From the NCBI GenBank assembly GCA_038889235.1, contig JAWAHN010000002.1, forward strand, positions 284,356 to 316,355: a DNA stretch of 32,000 nt, written 5' to 3'. A program made the position numbers and the translations under genes. The notes beneath the pieces were generated by a model that was not told the DNA's origin, did not search any database, and saw only the letters and a program-made list of their open reading frames with translations. This DNA is from Candidatus Jordarchaeales archaeon. GTDB taxonomy: Archaea > Asgardarchaeota > Jordiarchaeia > Jordiarchaeales > Freyrarchaeaceae. Below, one piece after another: positions 7,666-15,178 of this stretch; position 1 is the first letter of the stretch, and every line of letters begins with the position of its first letter.

Positions 7666-8868
7666 TTAATGCGTTATTAATCTCTCTATAACCTCTATAT
7701 CCGGTTTTACCTGTATGGGTTTCTCGCACGTTTTGAGGGGAGTATCTGGGTCTTTTAACCCGTGCCCGGTCGTCACGCACACTATTTTCTCGTCTTTGTC
7801 AACGAGCCCCACGTTTAACGCTTTTATTAACCCAGCTATGGAAGCTGCTGAAGCCGGCTCAACGAATATGCCTTCCGTCCTGGCAAGCAGCTTTTGCGCC
7901 TGCAGTATTTCTTCATCTGTCACCACTTCGGCCGCTCCCTTAGTGTCGTAAATTGCTCTCAGCGCTTTTTCCCAGTTAACCGGCTTTCCAATCCTTATTG
8001 CTGTCGCTACCGTTTCCGGATTTTCAATGAAGGTAGCTTCCTTTCTTCCTTCCTTGTAAGCGCGCGCTATGGGAGCTGCCCCCTCCGCTTGGATCCCTAT
8101 AAGTCTGGGCATTTGCTCTATGAGCCCAAGCTGCTTCCACTCCACGAACCCTTTGTGTATAGCGCTTATGTTACCCGCATTCCCAACAGGAAGTATTACA
8201 ACGTCAGGTGTCTCCCCAAGCTGCTCCACAATCTCGTAAGCTATGGTCTTCTGTCCCTCCAAACGGTAAGGGTTCAGACTGTTCAACAAGTAAAGTCCAA
8301 GGCGCCTGCTGCTCTGCTCTACTAAACTTAAAGCCTGGTCAAAGTTGCCTTCAACAGCTAAGACCAGCGCGCCATACATTATTGCTTGTGCAAGCTTTCC
8401 TAGCGCTATCTTACCTGAAGGGATCATCACAACGCACTTCAACCCGGCCTTAGCAGCATAGGCTGCAAGCGACGCCGAAGTATTCCCGGTGGAGGCGCAC
8501 GCGACAACTTTGCTGCCTAGCTCCTTAGCAAGTGAAACTCCAACGGTCATCCCTCGGTCTTTGAAGCTCCCCGTAGGGTTTTCGCCTTCATTTTTAACCC
8601 AGAGCTTTCTCGCTCCCACTTTTTCAGAGAGTCTGTTGCATTTGTAAAGACTGGTTCCACCTTCGTTAAGCGAGACTTTTTCCCTTACTTTGGGGAGGAA
8701 GTCTTCATACCTCCAAACGGAGAGCGGCTTCTTCCACTTCTCCGGGTTAGGCTCTTCAAACTGGTATTTCACATCGAGAAGCGCGCCGCAGCGGTCACAC
8801 GTGTATATCACAGTGTCCCACGGGAATATCTTGTGGCACCTTATACATTCGAGCCACATTTTCTCCAT
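7666..8868 (-). CDS. thrC: Threonine synthase
   Basis: Motifs ENPTGSFKDRG (PLP lysine), ACASTGNTSASLAAY, LNSLNPYRLEGQKT, PVGNAGNI and EPASAASIAG. Confidence 0.95.
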   Translation of the reverse strand: MEKMWLECIRCHKIFPWDTVIYTCDRCGALLDVKYQFEEPNPEKWKKPLSVWRYEDFLPKVREKVSLNEGGTSLYKCNRLSEKVGARKLWVKNEGENPTGSFKDRGMTVGVSLAKELGSKVVACASTGNTSASLAAYAAKAGLKCVVMIPSGKIALGKLAQAIMYGALVLAVEGNFDQALSLVEQSSRRLGLYLLNSLNPYRLEGQKTIAYEIVEQLGETPDVVILPVGNAGNISAIHKGFVEWKQLGLIEQMPRLIGIQAEGAAPIARAYKEGRKEATFIENPETVATAIRIGKPVNWEKALRAIYDTKGAAEVVTDEEILQAQKLLARTEGIFVEPASAASIAGLIKALNVGLVDKDEKIVCVTTGHGLKDPDTPLKTCEKPIQVKPDIEVIERLITH

Positions 8869-9872
8869 AACTCTCCCTCCATTTTTCCTCTTCTTTCAGC
8901 TATTGCTATTATGTCTGACATTATGGCGCTTGCCGTTTCTTTTGGCCCAGCCCCCTTACCTATCAGTGTTAGGGGTCCGGAAAGTTCGGTGTTAAGTGTT
9001 ATTACGTTGAATGTTCCTCCAACGGCTAGAGGCGAGTTCTTGGGGACGAGTCTGGGGGCGACTTCCATCTTGTTTTCGTCTAGGTATGCCACGTGTTTTA
9101 CTAGGTAGCCGTCTTCTTCTGCTAGTTCTATCATTTCGGGCGTCACTCTGCTTATTCCCTCTATTTCGACGTCTGAAAGGTGCTTGTCCATTTTCATGAT
9201 GCCATTCGCTAGTATGACGAGCTTGCAGGCTGCGTCGATCCCCTCGATGTCATAAGTCGGATCTGCCTCGGCATAACCCATCTCTTGTGCCTCTTTTAGC
9301 GCGTCATCAAAGGAAACCTTATCCTCGCTCATCCTAGAAAGAATGTAGTTCGTTGTGCCGTTAAGTATCCCTTCAATGCTTATTATTTTATCGTGCTTCA
9401 GCGACTCTCTAGCAACCGTGAATACCGGTATAGCTGCACCGACGGTAGCCTCGTACATAAGGAGACGCCCCTTTCTCTCCGCTAGGGAGAGCAATGCCCT
9501 CATTGAAACGACTAGGGGGCCCTTGTTGGACGTAACGACGTCCTTGCCCTCTTCCAACGCCTTCTTTATGAAGCTTAATCCCGGCTCCCCATCCTTCACG
9601 TTCGTCGGCGTCATCTCTACCACTATGTCGCATGGTAGCTCTGCGATGTAATCTAGTGGGTTTGCGTTCGGGACCCAACTCTCGTGTTTTTCTCCTTTCT
9701 CAATGACCTCGCCTAGTTTGAGCCCATTGTGGTCTATGAAACCCCCCTTACTTCTAAATATGCCTGTTACGTTGATGTCTAGCCCTATTTTTTTCAATCT
9801 GTCTCTCTTTTCATGTAAAATGCGCGCTAATGCCCGACCGACATTCCCGAAACCTATCAGGATGAGGTTCAA
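8841..9872 (-). CDS. hom: Homoserine dehydrogenase
   Basis: Motifs GFGNVG, VVTSNKGP, YEATVGAAIP, GILNGTTNYIL, GYAEADPTYDIEGIDAACK and GKGAGPKETASA. Confidence 0.95.
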   Translation of the reverse strand: MNLILIGFGNVGRALARILHEKRDRLKKIGLDINVTGIFRSKGGFIDHNGLKLGEVIEKGEKHESWVPNANPLDYIAELPCDIVVEMTPTNVKDGEPGLSFIKKALEEGKDVVTSNKGPLVVSMRALLSLAERKGRLLMYEATVGAAIPVFTVARESLKHDKIISIEGILNGTTNYILSRMSEDKVSFDDALKEAQEMGYAEADPTYDIEGIDAACKLVILANGIMKMDKHLSDVEIEGISRVTPEMIELAEEDGYLVKHVAYLDENKMEVAPRLVPKNSPLAVGGTFNVITLNTELSGPLTLIGKGAGPKETASAIMSDIIAIAERRGKMEGELWRKCGSNV

Positions 9873-9876
9873 GCTT

Positions 9877-10362
9877 TCAGCTCCATGCGATGAAGAGGTC
9901 TTTTTCGTTAGCTACTTTTTTAAGAACTTTAAGAGTGCTCTCCAACCTCTCACTCGTATCTGCTTCAAGTACTATTTTAACCGTAGAAACCTCCTCCGCG
10001 CTTTTAATCCTAGCAACGAGCTTCTTAACCCTTACACCCCTCTCCAAAACCCTGTCCAAAGTATCCTTTATATTAGTCGCAAAAACGTGACCAACTAGTA
10101 TGACTACTTTCCTGTGTACCTCCATGAGTGGCTCTATACCTGTTACTTTTATCCCCGCAGTTTCCACGGCGTCTTTTATCTTGAAGAGCTGGTCCAAGTC
10201 TTTAACATCGAACGTTACGGTAACTGGAAGCATATTTCCTCTTTTCTCCTCCCTTAGATGTGAAACTTCCCTCACGTTACCCCCAAACTCAGCTATCGGG
10301 CGCAAAACCTTCAATAACTGGCCGGGTTCATCCGCTAAGTTAAAGCTCATCTTAACTCTCAC
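9877..10362 (-). CDS. Tandem ACT-domain protein, probable allosteric partner of homoserine dehydrogenase
   Basis: ACT start LADEPGQLLKVLRPIAEFGGNV and a second module VILVGHVFATNIKDTLDRV. The stop lies 4 nt before hom. Confidence 0.8.
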   Translation of the reverse strand: MRVKMSFNLADEPGQLLKVLRPIAEFGGNVREVSHLREEKRGNMLPVTVTFDVKDLDQLFKIKDAVETAGIKVTGIEPLMEVHRKVVILVGHVFATNIKDTLDRVLERGVRVKKLVARIKSAEEVSTVKIVLEADTSERLESTLKVLKKVANEKDLFIAWS

Positions 10363-10422
10363 GTTTCCTCCTCCATCTAGGAAGCCGGAGCTATTTACCG
10401 CTTTTCTCTCAAGAAATCAAAA

Positions 10423-11829
10423 TTAACCCTCTGAAAGCTTAAACTCATCGTGTATCGCTTTAACGGCTTCCTTCAGGTCCTTTCTCGAGACAACAAGCGT
10501 TATATTTAGCTCACTGCTTCCCTGAGCTATCGCCCTTATGTTTATCCCTTTCCTTCCTAGGGCAGAGCAGACCCTAGCAGCTATCCCCGGCGTGCTCTTC
10601 ATTCCGGCTCCCACCACGCTCACAAGCCCGATATCGTCTTCCACCTGTATTCTTATCCAGTGACTCCCAAAGAAATTAGACCTCTTTATGGCTTCAACAG
10701 CCTTATCTTTATCCGCCAAGTCTATGACAAGCGTTATGTTGTTTTCAGAGGACGACTGAGATATCATCTTTATGTTTACGTTTTCCTCCCCCATTATGGA
10801 AAAAAGTTTGGCGGCAGTTCCTGGCCTCGAAACCATAGCTTCCCCTTCAACAGTTATCATGGCAACCTTGTCCATTCCTGAAACAGCCTTCACCACGCTC
10901 GCCTTTTCCTCCACAACGTTCGATATAATAGTGCACTCTTCAGAGTCCATCTTCCAAAAGTTCCTTACCTCAACAGGTATATTCTTCTTTTCGGCAGGGA
11001 TCAAGCAAAGTGGGTGAAGGAGTTTAGCTCCGAAGAATGCGAGTTCCTTCGCCTCCGCATATGAGATCCCTCTAATTAGTCTCGCCTCTTCCACGTACTC
11101 CGGATTTGCCGTCAGCATTCCATCTACATCCTTCCAGAGAATCACCCTAACGTTGCTTTTCTCGTCCTTCAAACCGTAAGCTATTATTGTCGCAGTGAAA
11201 TCGCTTCCCCCTCTACCCAGGACACCAATTTTTCCATCAACGTTCTTGCATATAAATCCGGGGACGATAACCTTCACGTTCTTCTCAAGCAAAGGTATTA
11301 TCTTCTCTCTAACATTGGCGGCGGTCTCCTCCAGGAGCGGGAGACCGTTGAGGTAGCTGTTAAACGCAACTATAACGTCCTCGGCGTTAACAACCTTCAC
11401 GTTAAACCCTTTTTCCTTAAGGAATGATTCGAGCAGTGCCCCCGACAATCTTTCCCCAAAACCTTCTATGAACGCGACAAGTGAATCCTCCAACCCCTCG
11501 GCTGCAACTTTGCTCAAAGTCCTTGAAAGAACCTCCTTCATGTCATTTAATTTTCTAGTAAACGCCTCCCTCTCTTGTTTCAGTATTTCAACAGCGTTTT
11601 CAAAGTGTCTATTAATGAGCAAATCCAACTCGCGGCTAAACCCCTCACCTCTAGCAGCGCGCCCCGCCATATTAATCAAATAATCTGTCACACCAGAAAG
11701 AGCAGAAGGGACGATAACAAGCTGACTTTCCATACCATACTTACTAATAGCCTTCAAAACTCCATTAAATGCACTCGCGTCCCGCAAACAGCTTCCGCCA
11801 AACTTCATAACAACTCTATCTACTTTCAT
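10423..11829 (-). CDS. lysC: Aspartate kinase with C-terminal ACT domains
   Basis: Motifs VMKFGGS, GFGERLS, LGRGGSDFTA, KDVDGMLTANP, ISYAEAKELAFFGAKLLHP, ISQSSSENNI and IAQGSSELNI. Confidence 0.95.
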   Translation of the reverse strand: MKVDRVVMKFGGSCLRDASAFNGVLKAISKYGMESQLVIVPSALSGVTDYLINMAGRAARGEGFSRELDLLINRHFENAVEILKQEREAFTRKLNDMKEVLSRTLSKVAAEGLEDSLVAFIEGFGERLSGALLESFLKEKGFNVKVVNAEDVIVAFNSYLNGLPLLEETAANVREKIIPLLEKNVKVIVPGFICKNVDGKIGVLGRGGSDFTATIIAYGLKDEKSNVRVILWKDVDGMLTANPEYVEEARLIRGISYAEAKELAFFGAKLLHPLCLIPAEKKNIPVEVRNFWKMDSEECTIISNVVEEKASVVKAVSGMDKVAMITVEGEAMVSRPGTAAKLFSIMGEENVNIKMISQSSSENNITLVIDLADKDKAVEAIKRSNFFGSHWIRIQVEDDIGLVSVVGAGMKSTPGIAARVCSALGRKGINIRAIAQGSSELNITLVVSRKDLKEAVKAIHDEFKLSEG

Positions 11830-11971
11830 GAACTTTCTCCCTTTAGCGCGCTCTTAACGAGGGAAGATTGCCGTAAGAATATAAACATTACGCGTTTCAT
11901 GTAAACCTTAACTAGATTGAACGAAATGAAAAAATTAAAGTATTCTTTCACAGAAAATGGAACTCTAGCAT

Positions 11972-12376
11972 ATGTCTACCGTCTTTCCTGGGGGTTTGCT
12001 CATCCCAGCTGGAATAGTTATAATCGGTTGGGACAGAAAGTCCGGCGCTGTCGCCGAATACTGTTTTCCTGAATGCCTATCTCTCCCTCCAGATTTCGTG
12101 ACACAAGTGTTCTCAGCACACTTTCAGGGAAATCTAGAAAACTTCACCCCCACAGCCGCTCTCCAGGTTTCAGGTCGAAAAGTAGTCAGCTACCTTGTTA
12201 ACATCGGCGAGAAAAAGAAGTGCTTCGCAATACTCCTTCACAAGGAGGAAAAGACGAACGAGTGGATCGAACCACTTAAAACACTGGCATGCGAGATAGA
12301 AAAAAGAGGTGATTTAAAAGTAATCCCATCGCTTTATAAAAAACTCCTCCTAGAAAAGGGGAAAGCTAAACTGTAA
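11972..12376 (+). CDS. Stand-alone uDENN/longin-like protein, paralog of the N-domain of the 4647 ORF
   Basis: IPAGIVIIGWDRKSGAVAEYCFP aligns by eye with LPLGMIVVRWDNRLGAVLEAKYP. Similarity continues through FSAH/YTAH, LQVSGRKVVSY/LRVGDLNVASY and ILLHKEE/LILTPEE. Alternative start TTG 11996. Confidence 0.7.
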   Translation: MSTVFPGGLLIPAGIVIIGWDRKSGAVAEYCFPECLSLPPDFVTQVFSAHFQGNLENFTPTAALQVSGRKVVSYLVNIGEKKKCFAILLHKEEKTNEWIEPLKTLACEIEKRGDLKVIPSLYKKLLLEKGKAKL

Positions 12377-13106
12377 ATTCCACTTCTTTGTAAAAGGTTT
12401 TCCCGTCGACATTAACAGACCTTTTAACCTTTCCCTTTCTTTTCGACATAACTCTAAGTTCTTTCACTGTAAGTCCCTCCCCACATTCCGGAGGGATCAA
12501 CTTCTCTATTACGAACTCGTTTGCGACAAGCATCCTCTTGAAGTCACGGGGGACAACGTCCAAAAAGTCTGGCACCGTTTGTTCAAGCAGTATCTTTAGC
12601 CCATCTCCCTCAACTTTAACCCTGCCTACACAAAAGTTTATATCTCCACCTCCTTCCTCGCCTCCGAGGCTAGCCATCCAGTCTATCCTAGTCTTGCACT
12701 TAACACTCGCCCCCCGAGCAGTCTTAATGCTAAAAAGCATGGTGCACTCGTCGGAGTACTCTTCATATATCCTCCTCAACTCACCCGCCTTAAACGAAGA
12801 GTTCACCTTCACCTTGTACATCTCCCCCTTAGCCTCAACCTTATTCCCACTCTCCTTAAACAGCTCAGTGCACATTTTCCCCAACGCCACCCCACTAACG
12901 CTACAGCTTTCGTCGTCACCCATAAGTCTTACAACAAACCAGCCTATGAGATCCTCATATCCTAAATCGCCCCTCAAAGTCACATAGCCGCCCCTAACGC
13001 TAACTTCTAGTCGGGGACCACCAAAAGTCCCAGCCGAATACTTCACAAACCTCCTGTGGAGCCCCTCATCGCAAAGCCCACTAACAAGCCGAGCCAGCCA
13101 GTGCAA
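12366..13106 (-). CDS. Hypothetical archaeal protein
   Basis: Long ORF with protein-like composition. The likely start is TTG 13106 after GGTGGTGG (MHWLARLV...DEGLHRRFVKYSAGTF). No family recognised with confidence. Confidence 0.7.
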   Translation of the reverse strand: MHWLARLVSGLCDEGLHRRFVKYSAGTFGGPRLEVSVRGGYVTLRGDLGYEDLIGWFVVRLMGDDESCSVSGVALGKMCTELFKESGNKVEAKGEMYKVKVNSSFKAGELRRIYEEYSDECTMLFSIKTARGASVKCKTRIDWMASLGGEEGGGDINFCVGRVKVEGDGLKILLEQTVPDFLDVVPRDFKRMLVANEFVIEKLIPPECGEGLTVKELRVMSKRKGKVKRSVNVDGKTFYKEVEFTV

Positions 13107-13221
13107 GTCCACCACCGAGAGAAGAAAGAAGCCAATCAACATTAAAACCTTCCCCAAAAGTCAAACGTTATTAGGAGGCTCAAACAATACATGTTTAAAA
13201 ACAGGTGGAGGCTTAACCAAA

Positions 13222-13959
13222 ATGGCCGCCAGAAAATACCACCTCGCAGTAGGAATACTAATATTCGCGACATTCACCGCGCTCTACTACAAATGGTACC
13301 TTGGAATCTGGTCGCTCACACAAGTAGGCGAAACAGCTTTCTTTCACCTCCGCTCCATCACACTGAGAGACATTGTTTGGATAACCGTAGCGTTTTTCCT
13401 CTCCCTAACCGGAGCTGAAATCGCGGACTTTGACTATGCAGTAACATGGATGGATCACCGTGACTGGCTCACCCACTCCGCCATAATACCATCAATACCC
13501 GCCATCGTAGTTCTACTCTCAACGTTCAACGATACCTTCATGCAGGAACCACGCCTAGGTCTATCCCTCCTACTAGCAGTAATCCCCCTAGTACTCGCAG
13601 CAGCCTCCCATCTCATAATAGACATATTCCCCAGCATACCCATCGAGGAACTCGCCAAAAAAGGAAAATACGTCGAACTAGCAATCCGAATGGCTGACAG
13701 TGTAACCAGAGGAATGACCCTAACAGAGTTCAACAAAAGAATGTCCGGAGGCTACCTAATACACTTCTGGTGGAGCATCAAAACAGAGAAAGGAAAAAAG
13801 AAACGCACACTAAACGAAAAAGAAACAAAAACCTGGCTGATAACCAACGGACTCATACTGACAGTAGTAGCGCTAACCCTCCTAGCAAGGTACATCATAC
13901 TTGAAACACAAATACTCCCACTCCTTCAAATAACACACACCCTACCCGCCATCAGCTAA
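13222..13959 (+). CDS. Membrane metal-dependent hydrolase, YdjM/DUF457-like
   Basis: Ordered motifs HLAVG, ADFD, HRDWLTHS and SHLIID within hydrophobic segments. GGAGG SD and TTTAAAAA TATA upstream. Confidence 0.7.
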   Translation: MAARKYHLAVGILIFATFTALYYKWYLGIWSLTQVGETAFFHLRSITLRDIVWITVAFFLSLTGAEIADFDYAVTWMDHRDWLTHSAIIPSIPAIVVLLSTFNDTFMQEPRLGLSLLLAVIPLVLAAASHLIIDIFPSIPIEELAKKGKYVELAIRMADSVTRGMTLTEFNKRMSGGYLIHFWWSIKTEKGKKKRTLNEKETKTWLITNGLILTVVALTLLARYIILETQILPLLQITHTLPAIS

Positions 13960-14040
13960 AACACAAAAAGAACACAAATTCACAAAACAAGCAAAACCCA
14001 CACAACAGGTTCAAAACCAGAAACAAGCAAAACTTTAAAC

Positions 14041-14056
14041 GAGATAAATTTATATC
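14041..14056 (+). promoter_or_regulatory. BRE/TATA promoter of tRNA-Val
   Basis: GAGATAAA followed by TTTATAT (14049-14055), about 26 nt upstream of tRNA position 1. Confidence 0.6.
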
Positions 14057-14081
14057 AACAACAATCATAGATACCGAACAG

Positions 14082-14173
14082 GGGCGGGTAGTCTAGCCTG
14101 GTTATGACGCCACACGAAAAGGGCGAAGCTTACGACGTGGAGGTCCCAGGTTCGAATCCTGGCCCGCCCACCA
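14082..14173 (+). tRNA. tRNA-Val(TAC) with encoded CCA and a 14-nt intron at position 30/31
   Basis: Acceptor stem GGGCGGG/CCCGCCC plus A-CCA; D arm GTCT-AGCCTGGTTA-TGAC; T arm CCAGG-TTCGAAT-CCTGG. The anticodon stem CCACG/CGTGG with loop CT-TAC-GA is restored by removing 14114-14127. Confidence 0.93.
14114..14127 (+). other. Non-canonical tRNA intron (30/31) with relaxed bulge-helix-bulge motif
   Basis: Intron ACGAAAAGGGCGAA. The central 4-bp helix CGCC (14108-14111)/GGCG (14122-14125) is flanked by 3-nt bulges AC|A and AA|G, whose cut sites match both splice junctions. Confidence 0.85.
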
Positions 14174-14264
14174 AACAAACCCTTCTTCTTCAAACAAAAT
14201 TATTAAATTAAAAATTGGCAACTCGATAATTAAAATAATTTATTTTTTACTGGAAAATTACTTC

Positions 14265-14987
14265 TTACGTTTCACTGAATAATTTCTTCAACCTCTCCAG
14301 TTCAGCCAACATAGCACTTCTCAACTCATTAATCGACAACGCCTCTGAAGAAGGTGTACCTCCCGGAATAGACACAGAAACAGCTGACGGTACTGCAGAT
14401 GGTGCAACAGGCGTTGCTGGCATCGCTCTGGGCGGTGCTGCTGGCGGCGCCGCTGGTGGTGCTGCCGGTGGTGCCTTCGGCGCTGCTGGCGGTGCTGCTG
14501 GCGGCGCCGCTGGTGGTGCTGCCGGTGGTGCCTTCGGCGCTGCTGGCGGTGCTGCTGGCGGCGCCGCTGGTGGTGCTGCCGGTGGTGCCTTCGGCGCTGC
14601 TGGCGGTGCTGCTGGCGGCGCCGCTGGTGGTGCTGCCGGTGGTGCCTTCGGCGCTGCTGGCGGCGCCGCTAGGGGGGTTGTTACCGTGACTTCTTTTGTC
14701 TCTATTAGTGGTGTTTTTTCAGCGCGTTCTATGAACATGTCGAAGACTGTTTCTGGTTCTTTTATTGCGAATGTCTCTATTTCTGGTATTGTTGTGACTA
14801 TTTCTTCTATGGGTGTTGTTTCAATGCTTTTAGCTAGTTTCTCTATTTCTTTTTGGATTTTCTTGATTGAAGTTATGTAGGCATTGTGTATTTTCTGAAA
14901 GTTTGCGAAGTATTTTTCTGATGTACTTATGAGTGATTTGCAAAGGTTGATCATGGCTTTAAGGGCTTTCTCTTCCTTTCTAGGCAA
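14265..14987 (-). CDS. Hypothetical Ala/Pro-repeat protein with N-terminal helical region and C-terminal WH2-like helix
   Basis: TTG start after GAGGGG. Helical N-terminus, T/E-rich linker, (AAPKAPPAAPPAAPPAAPP)x4, then NELRSAMLAELERLKKLFSET. Confidence 0.8.
   Translation of the reverse strand: MPRKEEKALKAMINLCKSLISTSEKYFANFQKIHNAYITSIKKIQKEIEKLAKSIETTPIEEIVTTIPEIETFAIKEPETVFDMFIERAEKTPLIETKEVTVTTPLAAPPAAPKAPPAAPPAAPPAAPPAAPKAPPAAPPAAPPAAPPAAPKAPPAAPPAAPPAAPPAAPKAPPAAPPAAPPAAPPRAMPATPVAPSAVPSAVSVSIPGGTPSSEALSINELRSAMLAELERLKKLFSET
14431..14670. repeat. Four perfect 57-bp tandem repeats plus a 12-bp partial unit, in frame
   Basis: Unit GGCGGTGCTGCTGGCGGCGCCGCTGGTGGTGCTGCCGGTGGTGCCTTCGGCGCTGCT starts at 14431, 14488, 14545 and 14602 with no mismatches. 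Confidence 0.97.
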
Positions 14988-15178
14988 AGCAGTCCCCTCT
15001 CAAATACAATATTTCTCTTCTCAGTTCTACTTAAAGGTTATTCCTCCTGTGATTTTTAGTGGTATTTTTTATATATGAATTTTGTCGCAAAACGTTCTGG
15101 TTTGATCCGGGGGCTTTGCTGGGCGGAATGTCTCTCTGGTTTGTTTTTGCGTCTCTTACTGTGGGGTTTACATGGTTG

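Noticed and set aside
14082-14260. tRNA as an integration site for a mobile element
   Set aside because: No integrase or transposase ORF, and no duplicated tRNA 3' end elsewhere in the window.
14431-14670. Regular repeats as a possible CRISPR array
   Set aside because: The units are directly adjacent with no unique spacers and are in frame within a coding gene.
14399-14689. Plus-strand Leu/Val/Ala-rich ORF that looks like a membrane protein
   Set aside because: It is the antisense reading of the Ala/Pro repeat, and its periodicity derives from that repeat.
14008-15108. Imperfect inverted pair GGTTCAAAACCAGAA (14008-14022) and TTCTGGTTTGATCC (15095-15108) as element ends or origin boxes
   Set aside because: Short and gapped, explicable by the opposite A+C/G+T skews. 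It does not match the ORB consensus, and no orc1/cdc6 gene is nearby.
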